Notes: generated from the letters alone by a model not told the origin. Positions 31,688-41,248 are shown, counted from the first letter of the stretch. The stretch: DNA of 42,356 nucleotides from Candidatus Zambryskibacteria bacterium RIFOXYC1_FULL_39_10 (GCA_001824275.1 MHWW01000013.1:1-42356), one strand, 5' to 3'. A program made the numbers and translations.

Positions 31688-31736
31688 ACCAAAAACCAAC
31701 CAAAAATGACCAAAATTTTCCACGTATTTCCACGTA
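31688..31736. repeat. helically phased short direct repeats upstream of terS-like 2
   Basis: ACCAAAA at 31688, 31699 and 31709. TTTCCACGTA at 31717 and 31727. Confidence 0.65.
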
Positions 31737-31788
31737 TTTTATTAGTAGCGATTTTACTGGGCTTAGACCCAAATATAGAAAAGTATAT

Positions 31789-32523
31789 TTAAAATAACTT
31801 AGGCGGATTTTCTAATGTTACTCGTCTCGAACCGCTTTTTCCAACACCTTCAAAAATAAAGAAAGCACCCTGTTCTTTTAAGTCTCTCGTATCTTCAATA
31901 GGATCAATGGTTTCCATTGAATAAATAGGTTTTATTTGGACAGATGATACTTTAAGCATAGCTCTTGCCACTTCTTTTGTTGATCCATTTTTTGGAATAT
32001 CAGATACCATAAGACCGGGAAATACAAAGAAAATGTTATCGAGACTAGTTGCCTCTTGCAGAATTATTTCCGAGTTTCTCTTAAAATCAAAAACTCCGCC
32101 TTGGGATATATAGCATACAAGTATAGTATTTGGTTCATATTGTTTACTTGAAAGTTTCTTTCTAACTGTATCAAGCAGGTTACCATCTTTGTGTTCCACT
32201 ATTTCTACTTCACGCACACACATTTCTGGAAACCCCTTGTCCTCCATAATAGTTCCAATAACGCCATCAGGTGGATCATTTTGGGGTTTAATCATCCACC
32301 ATTGCCTTTGATCTGATTTGGACATAGCTTTGGCAATTATAGACATAGCGTATATTTCCTTGGCCCTTTTTAATTCTCTATGATCCCATACATACTGAAA
32401 TGGTTTGTCGGCAAATTTTTGTGCAAGTTTTCTTTGTTCTTCCCAGAAATATCTGAGGCCATATGAGGGATTGAACCAAACTGTTCCTTTTTCTTTTAAA
32501 TATAATAGGTGGGGAGGATACAT
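31789..32523 (-). CDS. hypothetical protein, PD-(D/E)xK-like fold
   Basis: E...DPPDGVIG...EVEIVE...KKL.K.Y pattern. Confidence 0.6.
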   Translation of the reverse strand: MYPPHLLYLKEKGTVWFNPSYGLRYFWEEQRKLAQKFADKPFQYVWDHRELKRAKEIYAMSIIAKAMSKSDQRQWWMIKPQNDPPDGVIGTIMEDKGFPEMCVREVEIVEHKDGNLLDTVRKKLSSKQYEPNTILVCYISQGGVFDFKRNSEIILQEATSLDNIFFVFPGLMVSDIPKNGSTKEVARAMLKVSSVQIKPIYSMETIDPIEDTRDLKEQGAFFIFEGVGKSGSRRVTLENPPKLF

Positions 32524-32534
32524 TATTTTAAGTA

Positions 32535-33470
32535 TTACGCTTTTATATATTTAGGAAATACTCTGTGAAATTTCTCTGCCATATCTAACAACCATTCAAA
32601 TTCATCTTCCCAACCTTTTTCACCCTCAAAACATCCGGCCTTCAAAATTCTAGCTCTACTAGCCTTTTTGGCTGGAAGTTCCATCCATTCAAGATTTTCT
32701 CCAAGATCGATCTCAATGGCATCTTTTTGTTTAAAGAGCTTGTTATATAAGTCCTTATTATCTGGAATATATAACTCAACCCCATAAGCTTCCTCACGGG
32801 AATTGATTGTTAAAGCTATGTGAGCATCGGAGCTTCCAATGCTTATATTGGACCAGTGTTGCGGATTGCTTTTCCGTATATGTAGTTTGGTTCCTCTTCT
32901 ATCTGCATATTCCTTAAATTGGGTCCAAAACTCTAATTGTTTTATTTTTGTGTCTGTAAGCTCTGCTTTATCGGTTGAGCTTCTAACCACCTTGGCCCAG
33001 TCGTTTGGTTTAGAAATAATATCGAACTTAGGAGCAAAAGGAGAGTTTTCTATCTGCCATAGCTCTATTTTCACCAAATAAAACTCAATATCTTCGTCTG
33101 TGTGTTCGTTGAGCCAGTCAATGGCTTGTCTATGTTCTTCTCTAACATCCTTTACTACCCAAACCACTACGCGAGCATCGTATCCGGAGGCGTAAGTAAT
33201 GATCTTTCCGAGATGGTCGTGGTTAGTTATTTCAAGTTGGTTCTCAATAATAATCTTTTTGCCGGTGTTTTCTTCCTCTGCGAGAATATCTACATTAAAA
33301 CTGCCGACTTCTGCTTCCGTTTGGACCAACTTAATATCAAAACCAATCTCGTCTCCCAAAAGATCCAGATTTTCCTCTTGAGCAAGCCATTGAGTAAAGT
33401 TATTAGCTTCGTGTTTCCACGCCTCTCTTAACTCTACCTTTTTAAGCTTTCCAAGATTATTATTGTTCAT
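32535..33470 (-). CDS. DUF4268 domain protein with N-terminal endonuclease-like domain
   Basis: LREAWKHEANNFTQWL, VDILA..IIIENQL..DHLGK. C-terminal LEFW...LEW..LP.KKASR. Confidence 0.85.
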   Translation of the reverse strand: MNNNNLGKLKKVELREAWKHEANNFTQWLAQEENLDLLGDEIGFDIKLVQTEAEVGSFNVDILAEEENTGKKIIIENQLEITNHDHLGKIITYASGYDARVVVWVVKDVREEHRQAIDWLNEHTDEDIEFYLVKIELWQIENSPFAPKFDIISKPNDWAKVVRSSTDKAELTDTKIKQLEFWTQFKEYADRRGTKLHIRKSNPQHWSNISIGSSDAHIALTINSREEAYGVELYIPDNKDLYNKLFKQKDAIEIDLGENLEWMELPAKKASRARILKAGCFEGEKGWEDEFEWLLDMAEKFHRVFPKYIKA

Positions 33471-35523
33471 ATTTTTTATTATTTAACATACTGTTATTAT
33501 TAGCTAATTTCTCATCAAAAAAATCAACTATTACGGGTTTATCACAACTTGAACCTTTCCCAACAACTATTGCTCTAAATCTTGGTAGTATACTCATACT
33601 ATCAAGATATTTTTGATTGATATAAGCACTCATAAAGTTCTTTGATGTCTCATCGAATGATTGCAAGGCAATTATTGTGTGGCACTGATAAAGTATTGTT
33701 TTAGTGACTAAGGCTGTTCTTTGGGTAATAATTAAAAAGCCGATGTTATGTTTGCGGCACTTTAGAACAACTTGAGATATGCGACTTACTTTCTTTTGAC
33801 CGAAACCCTGGTCTCCAAATGTGCTTTCTGGAATAAAATCATAGGCCTCCTCCATTGCTATACATATTTTCTGGTCCTCATTTAGGGTCTGATAAGCAAC
33901 AACCTTTTCAATTAAGTTTGCAGTAATTTCACTTAAATTTAGAGTTCCTGTGCTTTTATCTTTGTCATCAGTCTGCCAATTTATAGAAATTACGTTTTTG
34001 GTAGTCTTAGAAAGATCAAAGGTATCAGAGTTTTGCTCCTCAATTATTTCTGAGTTTATATAAGTAGTAAGAGATTGTTTATGCTTACGATCCACCTCTA
34101 AAATAACAACTTTGAACCCATCTGTAGCCATTTTTTCTAATATCTTCGCGGCCATTCTTGATTTGCCTGTCCCTGTTTTTCCTATAACTGCGATATGGTG
34201 GCTAACACTCTCTTCGAGATCAATAAATATGGGGTATTTTGAACGAGGAACAACTCCAACTTTATAACAAGAACCGTTTATTATATCTATCTCTTTTGTA
34301 TCGTTTTCAATAAAAACAGGAGAATTAACACTCGGAACCCAACCTGTGTCGGTAAATTTTTGTTTATCATCTTGCCAGTATCCAATTTGTTGGGCAGTTA
34401 TTGTTTTTGAACCCTTTTTACTTTGACCGTCGATATTCTCGGAGTCAGTTTCTACATTTATAATTTGATATTTGGTTGAATTTTTATAAAAACTTACAGA
34501 AATTAAATCGCCCTCTTTTAGAGTTTTGTTCTCATCTATACCATCTATCATTTTTACCTTAATAACATCAATATCTGAATTTGTGCTAACAAATCCAATT
34601 ATATTATCCCGATTTTTGTATACCTCTAATTCTTTTACACATTCTGGGACTTCATCTGTATTTTTATGTAAATAAATTTGTTTCGAGACATCAAGTTCTT
34701 TTTGATTTAAACAGTTAAAATGAAGATATTTTTTACTGTCAGCAGTTAATTCCTCTATAAACATAGCAAATACCAACTTTTCTTTAGTATGAGAATTATT
34801 TATATCATCTATAATCGCTATATCGCCCGTCTTTAAATTTGGGGACCCGGGTAATTGCTCTATGTAAAGTATGCCTGGATTTAATCTTTTTACTATTCTG
34901 CCAATTAATTTGGGTTTACTCTTATTCCTAATTTTTTCGAGTAAAGGATCGATTATTTTCCTATCTATTGGCTCTATAAGAATAGCTGTTCCCCAAAAGG
35001 CAATCATAAGTAATACCGCGATCTGTCCTTTATTTACGGAGGATATTCCTTCCAGATATGGAACAAAATAACTAAAAATAGAAAGTATAAACACAACAGA
35101 AAACAGCATTTTTGAACTACCAAAAAAACTCGATACAACATTTGCAGAATGAGCTATTTTTTGTGATATATGATTTTTATCTTTTTCTTCATTAATAAAA
35201 AGAAAAGAAATTATGGCGATTACCGCAATTATTGAAGCATATATAAGTAGGGGTTTATAAAGCAAGAAAGCATTTATATTATCTAATGTAGTTAAAACAA
35301 CAAAAAGCGAGGTTATGTTTACTATTACATCAAGAGGTTTTGTAAAATACTTTTCCGTCACAAAAACACCAAGAATTATCAAAAGTAAGCCACTTGTAAA
35401 CCATATCTGCGCATCCTTTCCGATATTCACGAAAATACGGTCAATAATTAAAAACCTTATAATAAACAAAGCTCCTGCAAAAAGAATAAAATATACTAGG
35501 TTTTTAATTCTTTTCGTATTCAT
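33460..35523 (-). CDS. HerA/DUF87-family ATPase with multi-TM N-terminus
   Basis: About 6 TM helices, HIAVIGKTGTGKS, IAMEEAY, RK..IG..IITQR. Confidence 0.85.
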   Translation of the reverse strand: MNTKRIKNLVYFILFAGALFIIRFLIIDRIFVNIGKDAQIWFTSGLLLIILGVFVTEKYFTKPLDVIVNITSLFVVLTTLDNINAFLLYKPLLIYASIIAVIAIISFLFINEEKDKNHISQKIAHSANVVSSFFGSSKMLFSVVFILSIFSYFVPYLEGISSVNKGQIAVLLMIAFWGTAILIEPIDRKIIDPLLEKIRNKSKPKLIGRIVKRLNPGILYIEQLPGSPNLKTGDIAIIDDINNSHTKEKLVFAMFIEELTADSKKYLHFNCLNQKELDVSKQIYLHKNTDEVPECVKELEVYKNRDNIIGFVSTNSDIDVIKVKMIDGIDENKTLKEGDLISVSFYKNSTKYQIINVETDSENIDGQSKKGSKTITAQQIGYWQDDKQKFTDTGWVPSVNSPVFIENDTKEIDIINGSCYKVGVVPRSKYPIFIDLEESVSHHIAVIGKTGTGKSRMAAKILEKMATDGFKVVILEVDRKHKQSLTTYINSEIIEEQNSDTFDLSKTTKNVISINWQTDDKDKSTGTLNLSEITANLIEKVVAYQTLNEDQKICIAMEEAYDFIPESTFGDQGFGQKKVSRISQVVLKCRKHNIGFLIITQRTALVTKTILYQCHTIIALQSFDETSKNFMSAYINQKYLDSMSILPRFRAIVVGKGSSCDKPVIVDFFDEKLANNNSMLNNKKYEQ

Positions 35524-35531
35524 ACCCTACT

Positions 35532-37472
35532 TTATTTATTATCTCCCCATAGTTCAGCGACCTTTTGTTTTATTTCTTCATTGTTATTCAGTATATGTTT
35601 TTCAAGTTTTTTATTTTGAAAATTTATATCTTCAATTTGTTTTGATGTTTTACCGACAATATTCTCATAAATCGGTATCTTTAAGGATAAAAATATCTCT
35701 TTAGGAACAACCCTCCGTCTATTCGCAGTTCCTTTCATAGAATTTTTGTATAAATTAATAGCAACAGGAGATCTTAATATATATTCTAAATATATAATGG
35801 GTATATCGGATCTTTTTACTCTCCATACATCATATGCAGGACTTACTGCGGCATAGTCATATTTTGTTTGAAAACCTAAAACACCCTCATCAATTGGGAA
35901 ACCAACAACAAGTTCATCTCTCTTTACTAATTTGTATTTAGATATGTCTATATTTGCAATTCTTTTTTTAAATTTTTTAGATTGGTCTATTAACCCATTA
36001 TTCATAGTAATTGACATCACTGGTATATTTTTTCTTTTTCCAACTTTTTCTCCAGACTTTTCCAAAATAGACGACAAGGGGACCATCCCCCATATCTGCT
36101 GTGGTCCTGTATTATCAAAATAGTATTCCTGTTTCAAAAAAGCATTCTTGCTGTTCAAAATGGTCTCTTTTGATTTAAATTTAATATCAAGCGCGTTTTC
36201 AATTTCTTGACTATTTAAACTAATTGCTTTTTTAATGTCTATCAACTTATCGGTAACTAGTCCTATATTTATCGGCATTGACTGACTAATCTCGTAAGAA
36301 GTGTTTACTTGAATAGTTTCGACTTTCAAAAAATAAATATTTCTTGATTTTATAGATTTATCAATAAATAAGATTGAAGTTTTTACTTTACTGTAAGGCT
36401 GAAAGATACCAGCTGGCAAATCAACTATTGCCCATAATCCGCCGCCGACTAACTCTTTCCTTAAACTATTGTAAGTCCGACCCGATGTATTTATCACACC
36501 ATCTGGGACAATAATACCGGCTCTGCCGTCTGGTCTTAGATGCTCCTTGATATAGTCGACGAAAAGAACTTCTGAACGGTTAGCTTGCACGCTAAAGCGT
36601 TTGTGGGGCCTTATACCACCCTTTGGAGACATAAAAGGTGGGTTGGCCATTATTACGTCATAAAACTCGTCCCAACGCTCCTCACTCGACAGGGTGTCAT
36701 ATTCGTAGATTTTAGGGTCAGCAAAGCCGTGGAGATACATATTGACTTTAGAGAGCTTTACCATATCTGGAGAAATGTCATAGCCAACAAGGTTACCTGT
36801 AAGTTTTTTCTTTTCATCCGGAGTAAGTGATTGTTCTGCATTTGTAAGTTCTCCAGTTTTATTATCTCTACAGTCGTGTTGGTTTATGATATGTTTGTAG
36901 GCGGAAATAAGGAAGCCGGCAGTGCCGCAAGCTGGGTCCAAGATAGTCTCGTCTTTCTTTGGGTCTATAACATCAACTATAAAATCTATAATGTGGCGCG
37001 GGGTTCTGAATTGGCCGGCATCTCCCTGGGATCCCATTATGGAAAGCATATATTCAAAAGCATTACCCAAGTTCTCACTATGATCATATTCAAAACCATT
37101 TATTTCTTTAAGAAAAAGATTGAGTGTTTCCGGACTTCTGTATGGGAGGAAAGCGTCTTTAAAAAAGTCTCTGAATAACTGCGGAATATGCGGGTTTTGG
37201 GACATCTTCATTATTGCTTCTCCATAAAGCTCTAATCTTTCTTGACCGCCAAGCTTGGGGTCCATTAGTTTACTCCAAGCATATTTTTCAAACCCATTGG
37301 AAAAGAAACGGGACTTGCCCCCAAACACAACCGAGGCCTTATCCATATCATCCATAAATTTATAGATAAGGGCTGTAGTTATTTGCTCCACCTGCGCTTT
37401 TGGATCGGGAACCTTACCAACGAGAATATCTCTGGCCGAGTCGATTTTCTTTTTTATCTCTTGAGTAAGCAT
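35532..37472 (-). CDS. hsdM: type I-like N6-adenine methyltransferase fused to one HsdS-type target recognition domain
   Basis: GQFRTP, LDPACGTAGF, ANPPF. C-terminal W..VPL...VSPAY...YLEYILRS...LKIP plus coiled coil. Confidence 0.9.
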   Translation of the reverse strand: MLTQEIKKKIDSARDILVGKVPDPKAQVEQITTALIYKFMDDMDKASVVFGGKSRFFSNGFEKYAWSKLMDPKLGGQERLELYGEAIMKMSQNPHIPQLFRDFFKDAFLPYRSPETLNLFLKEINGFEYDHSENLGNAFEYMLSIMGSQGDAGQFRTPRHIIDFIVDVIDPKKDETILDPACGTAGFLISAYKHIINQHDCRDNKTGELTNAEQSLTPDEKKKLTGNLVGYDISPDMVKLSKVNMYLHGFADPKIYEYDTLSSEERWDEFYDVIMANPPFMSPKGGIRPHKRFSVQANRSEVLFVDYIKEHLRPDGRAGIIVPDGVINTSGRTYNSLRKELVGGGLWAIVDLPAGIFQPYSKVKTSILFIDKSIKSRNIYFLKVETIQVNTSYEISQSMPINIGLVTDKLIDIKKAISLNSQEIENALDIKFKSKETILNSKNAFLKQEYYFDNTGPQQIWGMVPLSSILEKSGEKVGKRKNIPVMSITMNNGLIDQSKKFKKRIANIDISKYKLVKRDELVVGFPIDEGVLGFQTKYDYAAVSPAYDVWRVKRSDIPIIYLEYILRSPVAINLYKNSMKGTANRRRVVPKEIFLSLKIPIYENIVGKTSKQIEDINFQNKKLEKHILNNNEEIKQKVAELWGDNK

Positions 37473-37481
37473 TTGTATTTT

Positions 37482-37733
37482 TTATTTACCCCAACGTTTT
37501 GATGCTCCTAATCTTCCAATACTGGCCATATGTTCTTTACCGTATTTCTTAATTACTATTTTTCCACCTTTAGCCCCAGCTTCTTTGGTAGTAATTACTT
37601 TAAGGTTTTTACTTTTTAGTGATAATTCTTTGGTTAATTGATTATAAATACGATCAAACAATTCCAAAGCTTTTAATAATTCACCTTTATTTTTTAAATT
37701 TTTGATATTTTTCAACTCTTTTTGTAAGTTCAT
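37482..37733 (-). CDS. small protein with KGG-repeat-like C-terminus
   Basis: EAGAKGG....KYGKEHMASIGRLG. Confidence 0.65.
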   Translation of the reverse strand: MNLQKELKNIKNLKNKGELLKALELFDRIYNQLTKELSLKSKNLKVITTKEAGAKGGKIVIKKYGKEHMASIGRLGASKRWGK

Positions 37734-37738
37734 AGTAT

Positions 37739-40252
37739 TTACATAAAAATATTAAGCGAAACATAGTCCTTCACATATTCTGGAACGACATCTCTATATC
37801 CATTCAAACTGCTGAAGTCAGCCATAGTAACCTTTGGATTGGTAGCGAAACGAGCATATTCTTTTGACTCAACAATCTCTCGTATTTCAGTATCAGTTAT
37901 GTAAGCTTTTAAGTAGTTTTTGATTGGGTAGTAGTATTTGCTCTCTGGTTTGTAGATAGAAATAAATTTCTCAAATTCTTCTTCAAGAAGTTCGTCCTTA
38001 TTTTTGAATTTATCCAGCCGGCCAAATACTTTATCTAACACCTCACTTAAAGTGAGACGGCGATCTATCTTTAGGGCCTTACGAATTTTATCTAGACTGA
38101 AATACTCTTCCGGTTTATCAAATATCTCTGTTTTTACATAATCTTCAACGGCTTGCATATCGCCAGCTTCGTATTTCTCTTTAACAAATTCATCTGATTT
38201 AATCACTTCCTCAAATTTCTCAAACAGCTTCCTGTCTACTTTCATACCTTCCGGACCGATAGCCTTTTCTTGGAAAGTTTTGAGAGGATCGGGAGTGAAA
38301 ATAGTTGTCTCATCTATTGGAACGGGTCCAGGTCCTGGGCCTGGTCCGGGACCAGTGCGAGGCGGTAAAGTAAGAATTTCATCGTAATTAAATTTCTCCT
38401 CAAAGTATTCGCAGTTTGCAAAGAAATCAAAAAGCTTGAAATTATTCTTATCGTTATTACGTGTCTCTACCTCCCCGTTTTCTTTGGTCTGGTAAGAGAA
38501 GTTATATTTTCTTGTCCCTCTGCCTTTTATTTGAATAAAGTCTGTGGGAGAGAAAATGGGTCTCATTAGACAAAGGTTTAATATGTCTTGGCAATCATAT
38601 CCGGTAGTCATCATACCAACAGTTACGCATATACGAGACTTGCTCGACAAATAACCCTCAAGCCACTTAGTGTGCCCGTTTAAATTATTGTTTGAGAAGT
38701 TTATGGTGAAAGTTTGCGCATCAGATATGTTAGAAGTGACTTGGACCGCAAAATCAGAATTGTATTTACCGGGCCAGTATTTATCTGCGAATTGATTGAG
38801 TATTTGAGTGATTTTGCTTGCGTGATTTTGGCTTACACAATAAACAATACTTTTACCAAGCTCTCCGGAAATCGGATCCATAAGGGCATTCTTAAGAAAA
38901 GTCTCAGAGAATATAAGATTAGTTTTATCGGAAAAGAATTTTCTTTCAAAGTCTGTGTGATAAAAAGTTTGCTCTTCCTTACCTTCTTCTGCGTCAATAA
39001 GCAGGGAGTATCCTTTTTCTGAAAGAAGTTCGGTTGTTATCTCCGTCCTTGCATCAGCAACTACCGGATTTATAAGGTATCCTTCTTTAACTCCATCAAG
39101 CAGGCTGTATCTGAAAGTAGGTTCACCAACTTCACAACCAAAAGTTTTATAAGTATCTAAAAGCTGCCTTCTTTCCCACGCTCGCGGATCCTTTTCATTC
39201 AATTTATTTGGGTCGATACCCTTAAGGTAGTTCTTTGGGGTAGCAGTAAGGCCAAGTTTATAACCAACAAAGTATTCAAATACAGCGCGGCTGTTTCCGC
39301 CTATGGACCTATGGGCTTCGTCTGAGATAATCAAATCGAAGTCGGTAGGAGTAAAGAGTTTTTGGTATTTATTATTAGCAGAAAGACTTTGAACTGTGGA
39401 GACAACAATCTCCGCCTTTCGCCAGTCGCCTTTATTTTCCTTATAAATAACAGTTGTGTAATCTTTGGATAGCCATTTCTTGAAATTTTTGGCTGCTTGG
39501 TCCTCCAACTCAAGACGATCTACAAGAAAGAGAACTCTTTTGGCATTGCCTGTCTTTAGAAATAATTTTATTACCGCCGCGCAAGTAAGAGTTTTACCGG
39601 TTCCGGTAGCCATTTCAAACAAATATCTATCAAACCCGTTTTTAGCTGAATTTTGAAGGGCGTGAATTGCTTTTAACTGGTATGGTCGGAGAAACTTGAA
39701 ATCCTGCTCTAACACGAAACTCTTTCTCTCACCATCATTATCCCAACGAGGGTCTTCTTCATAATCAGCATTTTGAGTGAGCACAATATAATCTTCCTTC
39801 ACTTTTTCGTCTGACAATCTTCTCGTATCCGGCTTAAATTGTTCAAAATGAGACAAGGACTCCTGTGTCGGGAAAGAAGTAATGACATTGGGACTACCGC
39901 GCTCTAGATCCCAAAAGTAGTGGAGATTGCCATTTGAAAGTATTACAAAACGGACACTTAGAGATTGAGCATATTTCCTTGCCTGTTCTTTACCATCAAG
40001 AGGGTTTTTACCTTCCGATTTTGCCTCTAAAACAACGTATGGGAAGCTCTGTTGGTCCAAAAGTAAGAAGTCGACAAATCCCTCCTTTACTTTATCAAAA
40101 TCCTCTCCAAGCTCGTTTACAGCCTTTGGAGTGAGTTTTACATTCTCCTCAAGAACTATGTTGGCTGATCCTTTTTCATTATCAAAAAAACGCCATTTAG
40201 CCTCTTCCAACAGCTTGTTTATCTTTATTCTTGCTCCAGCCTCTTTTTCCAT
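37739..40252 (-). CDS. hsdR: type I restriction endonuclease subunit R (nuclease + SF2 DEAH translocase)
   Basis: VDFLL..VLEAK, LRPYQ, MATGTGKT, FLVDR, DEAHRS, GLTATP, QIKGRGTR. Confidence 0.92.
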   Translation of the reverse strand: MEKEAGARIKINKLLEEAKWRFFDNEKGSANIVLEENVKLTPKAVNELGEDFDKVKEGFVDFLLLDQQSFPYVVLEAKSEGKNPLDGKEQARKYAQSLSVRFVILSNGNLHYFWDLERGSPNVITSFPTQESLSHFEQFKPDTRRLSDEKVKEDYIVLTQNADYEEDPRWDNDGERKSFVLEQDFKFLRPYQLKAIHALQNSAKNGFDRYLFEMATGTGKTLTCAAVIKLFLKTGNAKRVLFLVDRLELEDQAAKNFKKWLSKDYTTVIYKENKGDWRKAEIVVSTVQSLSANNKYQKLFTPTDFDLIISDEAHRSIGGNSRAVFEYFVGYKLGLTATPKNYLKGIDPNKLNEKDPRAWERRQLLDTYKTFGCEVGEPTFRYSLLDGVKEGYLINPVVADARTEITTELLSEKGYSLLIDAEEGKEEQTFYHTDFERKFFSDKTNLIFSETFLKNALMDPISGELGKSIVYCVSQNHASKITQILNQFADKYWPGKYNSDFAVQVTSNISDAQTFTINFSNNNLNGHTKWLEGYLSSKSRICVTVGMMTTGYDCQDILNLCLMRPIFSPTDFIQIKGRGTRKYNFSYQTKENGEVETRNNDKNNFKLFDFFANCEYFEEKFNYDEILTLPPRTGPGPGPGPGPVPIDETTIFTPDPLKTFQEKAIGPEGMKVDRKLFEKFEEVIKSDEFVKEKYEAGDMQAVEDYVKTEIFDKPEEYFSLDKIRKALKIDRRLTLSEVLDKVFGRLDKFKNKDELLEEEFEKFISIYKPESKYYYPIKNYLKAYITDTEIREIVESKEYARFATNPKVTMADFSSLNGYRDVVPEYVKDYVSLNIFM

Positions 40253-40345
40253 CTTATTTAGATAATTTTGTTAACATAATTACAAAAACAATACCACTTT
40301 TAAACGATTTTTGAAAGGTTAAAAATTGTTAGCTCTTTTGATACT

Positions 40346-40585
40346 ATGCGTCCAATGAGAAGATGGAAAAATAGAAATTATATATCAAAAAACGGTCTTG
40401 ATCCGGATACCAATCGCTTTATCGGCAGTCTAACTTATTTCATATTCCACTCAATTATTTTTTTGGTAAGTTATAAAATATGGGGGATTGATATGTTTGA
40501 AGAGGTATTTTTCTACCTTATGCATCTGGCCACTTTCTTTCTTGTTGGCTTTACTCTCCGCAAGTTAAAAATTTGGGTTTATTAA
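40346..40585 (+). CDS. small membrane protein
   Basis: Two hydrophobic helices. Confidence 0.55.
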   Translation: MRPMRRWKNRNYISKNGLDPDTNRFIGSLTYFIFHSIIFLVSYKIWGIDMFEEVFFYLMHLATFFLVGFTLRKLKIWVY

Positions 40586-40600
40586 GTTTTTCAAAAATTT

Positions 40601-40756
40601 ATGAGAAAAAGTAAGGTTCCTAAAATTGAATACATTTGTATTGCTGACAAAAACCCCAAAGAAAGTGAGGACAGAATGCGCGAGGCGTATTTTATATTGT
40701 TTGAAGAAGTAGAAAGAAGAAGGAGAGAAAAAGAGGGTCAGAAAAAACAGGATTGA
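40601..40756 (+). CDS. 51-aa microprotein (not in ORF track)
   Basis: MRKSKVPKIEYICIADKNPKESEDRMREAYFILFEEVERRRREKEGQKKQD. Confidence 0.5.
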   Translation: MRKSKVPKIEYICIADKNPKESEDRMREAYFILFEEVERRRREKEGQKKQD

Positions 40757-40811
40757 TTTTTTATAGTATGGTAATATGTTAGCGACCTTAAAAGTCATTC
40801 GTCTACGGCTT

Positions 40812-40838
40812 AGGGGCCTAATATCTTGGGTCCCTTTT
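40812..40838 (+). terminator. intrinsic terminator-like hairpin
   Basis: AGGGGCCTA-ATATCT-TGGGTCCCT followed by TTT. Confidence 0.55.
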
Positions 40839-40883
40839 GCATTATAAATAAACATTAAATAAATTTGGACCTTCTTTTTAAAA

Positions 40884-40912
40884 TTGGCATTTCTTATATT
40901 TTTTGTTAACAT
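40884..40912 (+). promoter_or_regulatory. promoter of the second tRNA-Asn
   Basis: TTGGCA-17-TAACAT with TG extension, followed by a leader hairpin TGTTCCT/AGGAACA as upstream of tRNA 1. Confidence 0.55.
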
Positions 40913-40942
40913 AATCATGTTCCTTATTTAGGAACACAGCAT

Positions 40943-41248
40943 TCCTCGGTAGCTCAGTGGTAGAGCGGCCGCCTGTGTCGAATAACGCAGCTTCCAAAAG
41001 AAATTTTGGTTGAAAAACGAGGTGAATTCGGGGAAACCCCAATGGGGCAATCCCGAGCCAAGTCTCGATTAACATCGGGAAAGGTGTAGAGACTATCCTT
41101 TATGGAGTAGGACGTGATTGTAAAAATTTTACGTTCGAAGCGCCTCGCCCCTAAGTCTTAAAGATATGGGGATGATATAGTCCATACTTCTGGTAACAGG
41201 AGATTAAATGTAAGCGGTTGGTCGTAGGTTCGAATCCTACCCGAGGAG
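40943..41248 (+). tRNA. second tRNA-Asn(GUU), split by a group I intron (exons 40943-40976 and 41211-41248)
   Basis: Acceptor TCCTCGG/CCGAGGA with G73, anticodon stem GCCGC/GCGGT, spliced loop CT-GT|T-AA, T-arm GTAGG-TTCGAAT-CCTAC. Confidence 0.92.
40977..41210 (+). ncRNA. group I intron (234 nt, no ORF), homologous to 10306-10603
   Basis: Same P1, P3, P4 and P7 cores (GGTGTAGAGACTAT, CGAAGCGCCTCGCCCC, GATGATATAGTCCAT, AGGAGATTAAATG), with shorter peripheral stems. Confidence 0.92.

Larger units (their letters stand above)
10639..41248. mobile_element. composite genomic island between two tRNA-Asn genes
   Basis: Recombinase overlapping tRNA 1, two recombinase/terS modules, defence cargo, and no host REP-like repeats seen inside. 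Host genes resume at mltG. Internal boundaries are inferred. Confidence 0.8.

Noticed and set aside
38324-38355. GPGPGPGPGP repeat in HsdR as a phase-variable tract
   Set aside because: Codons vary between units, consistent with a protein linker rather than a slippage repeat.
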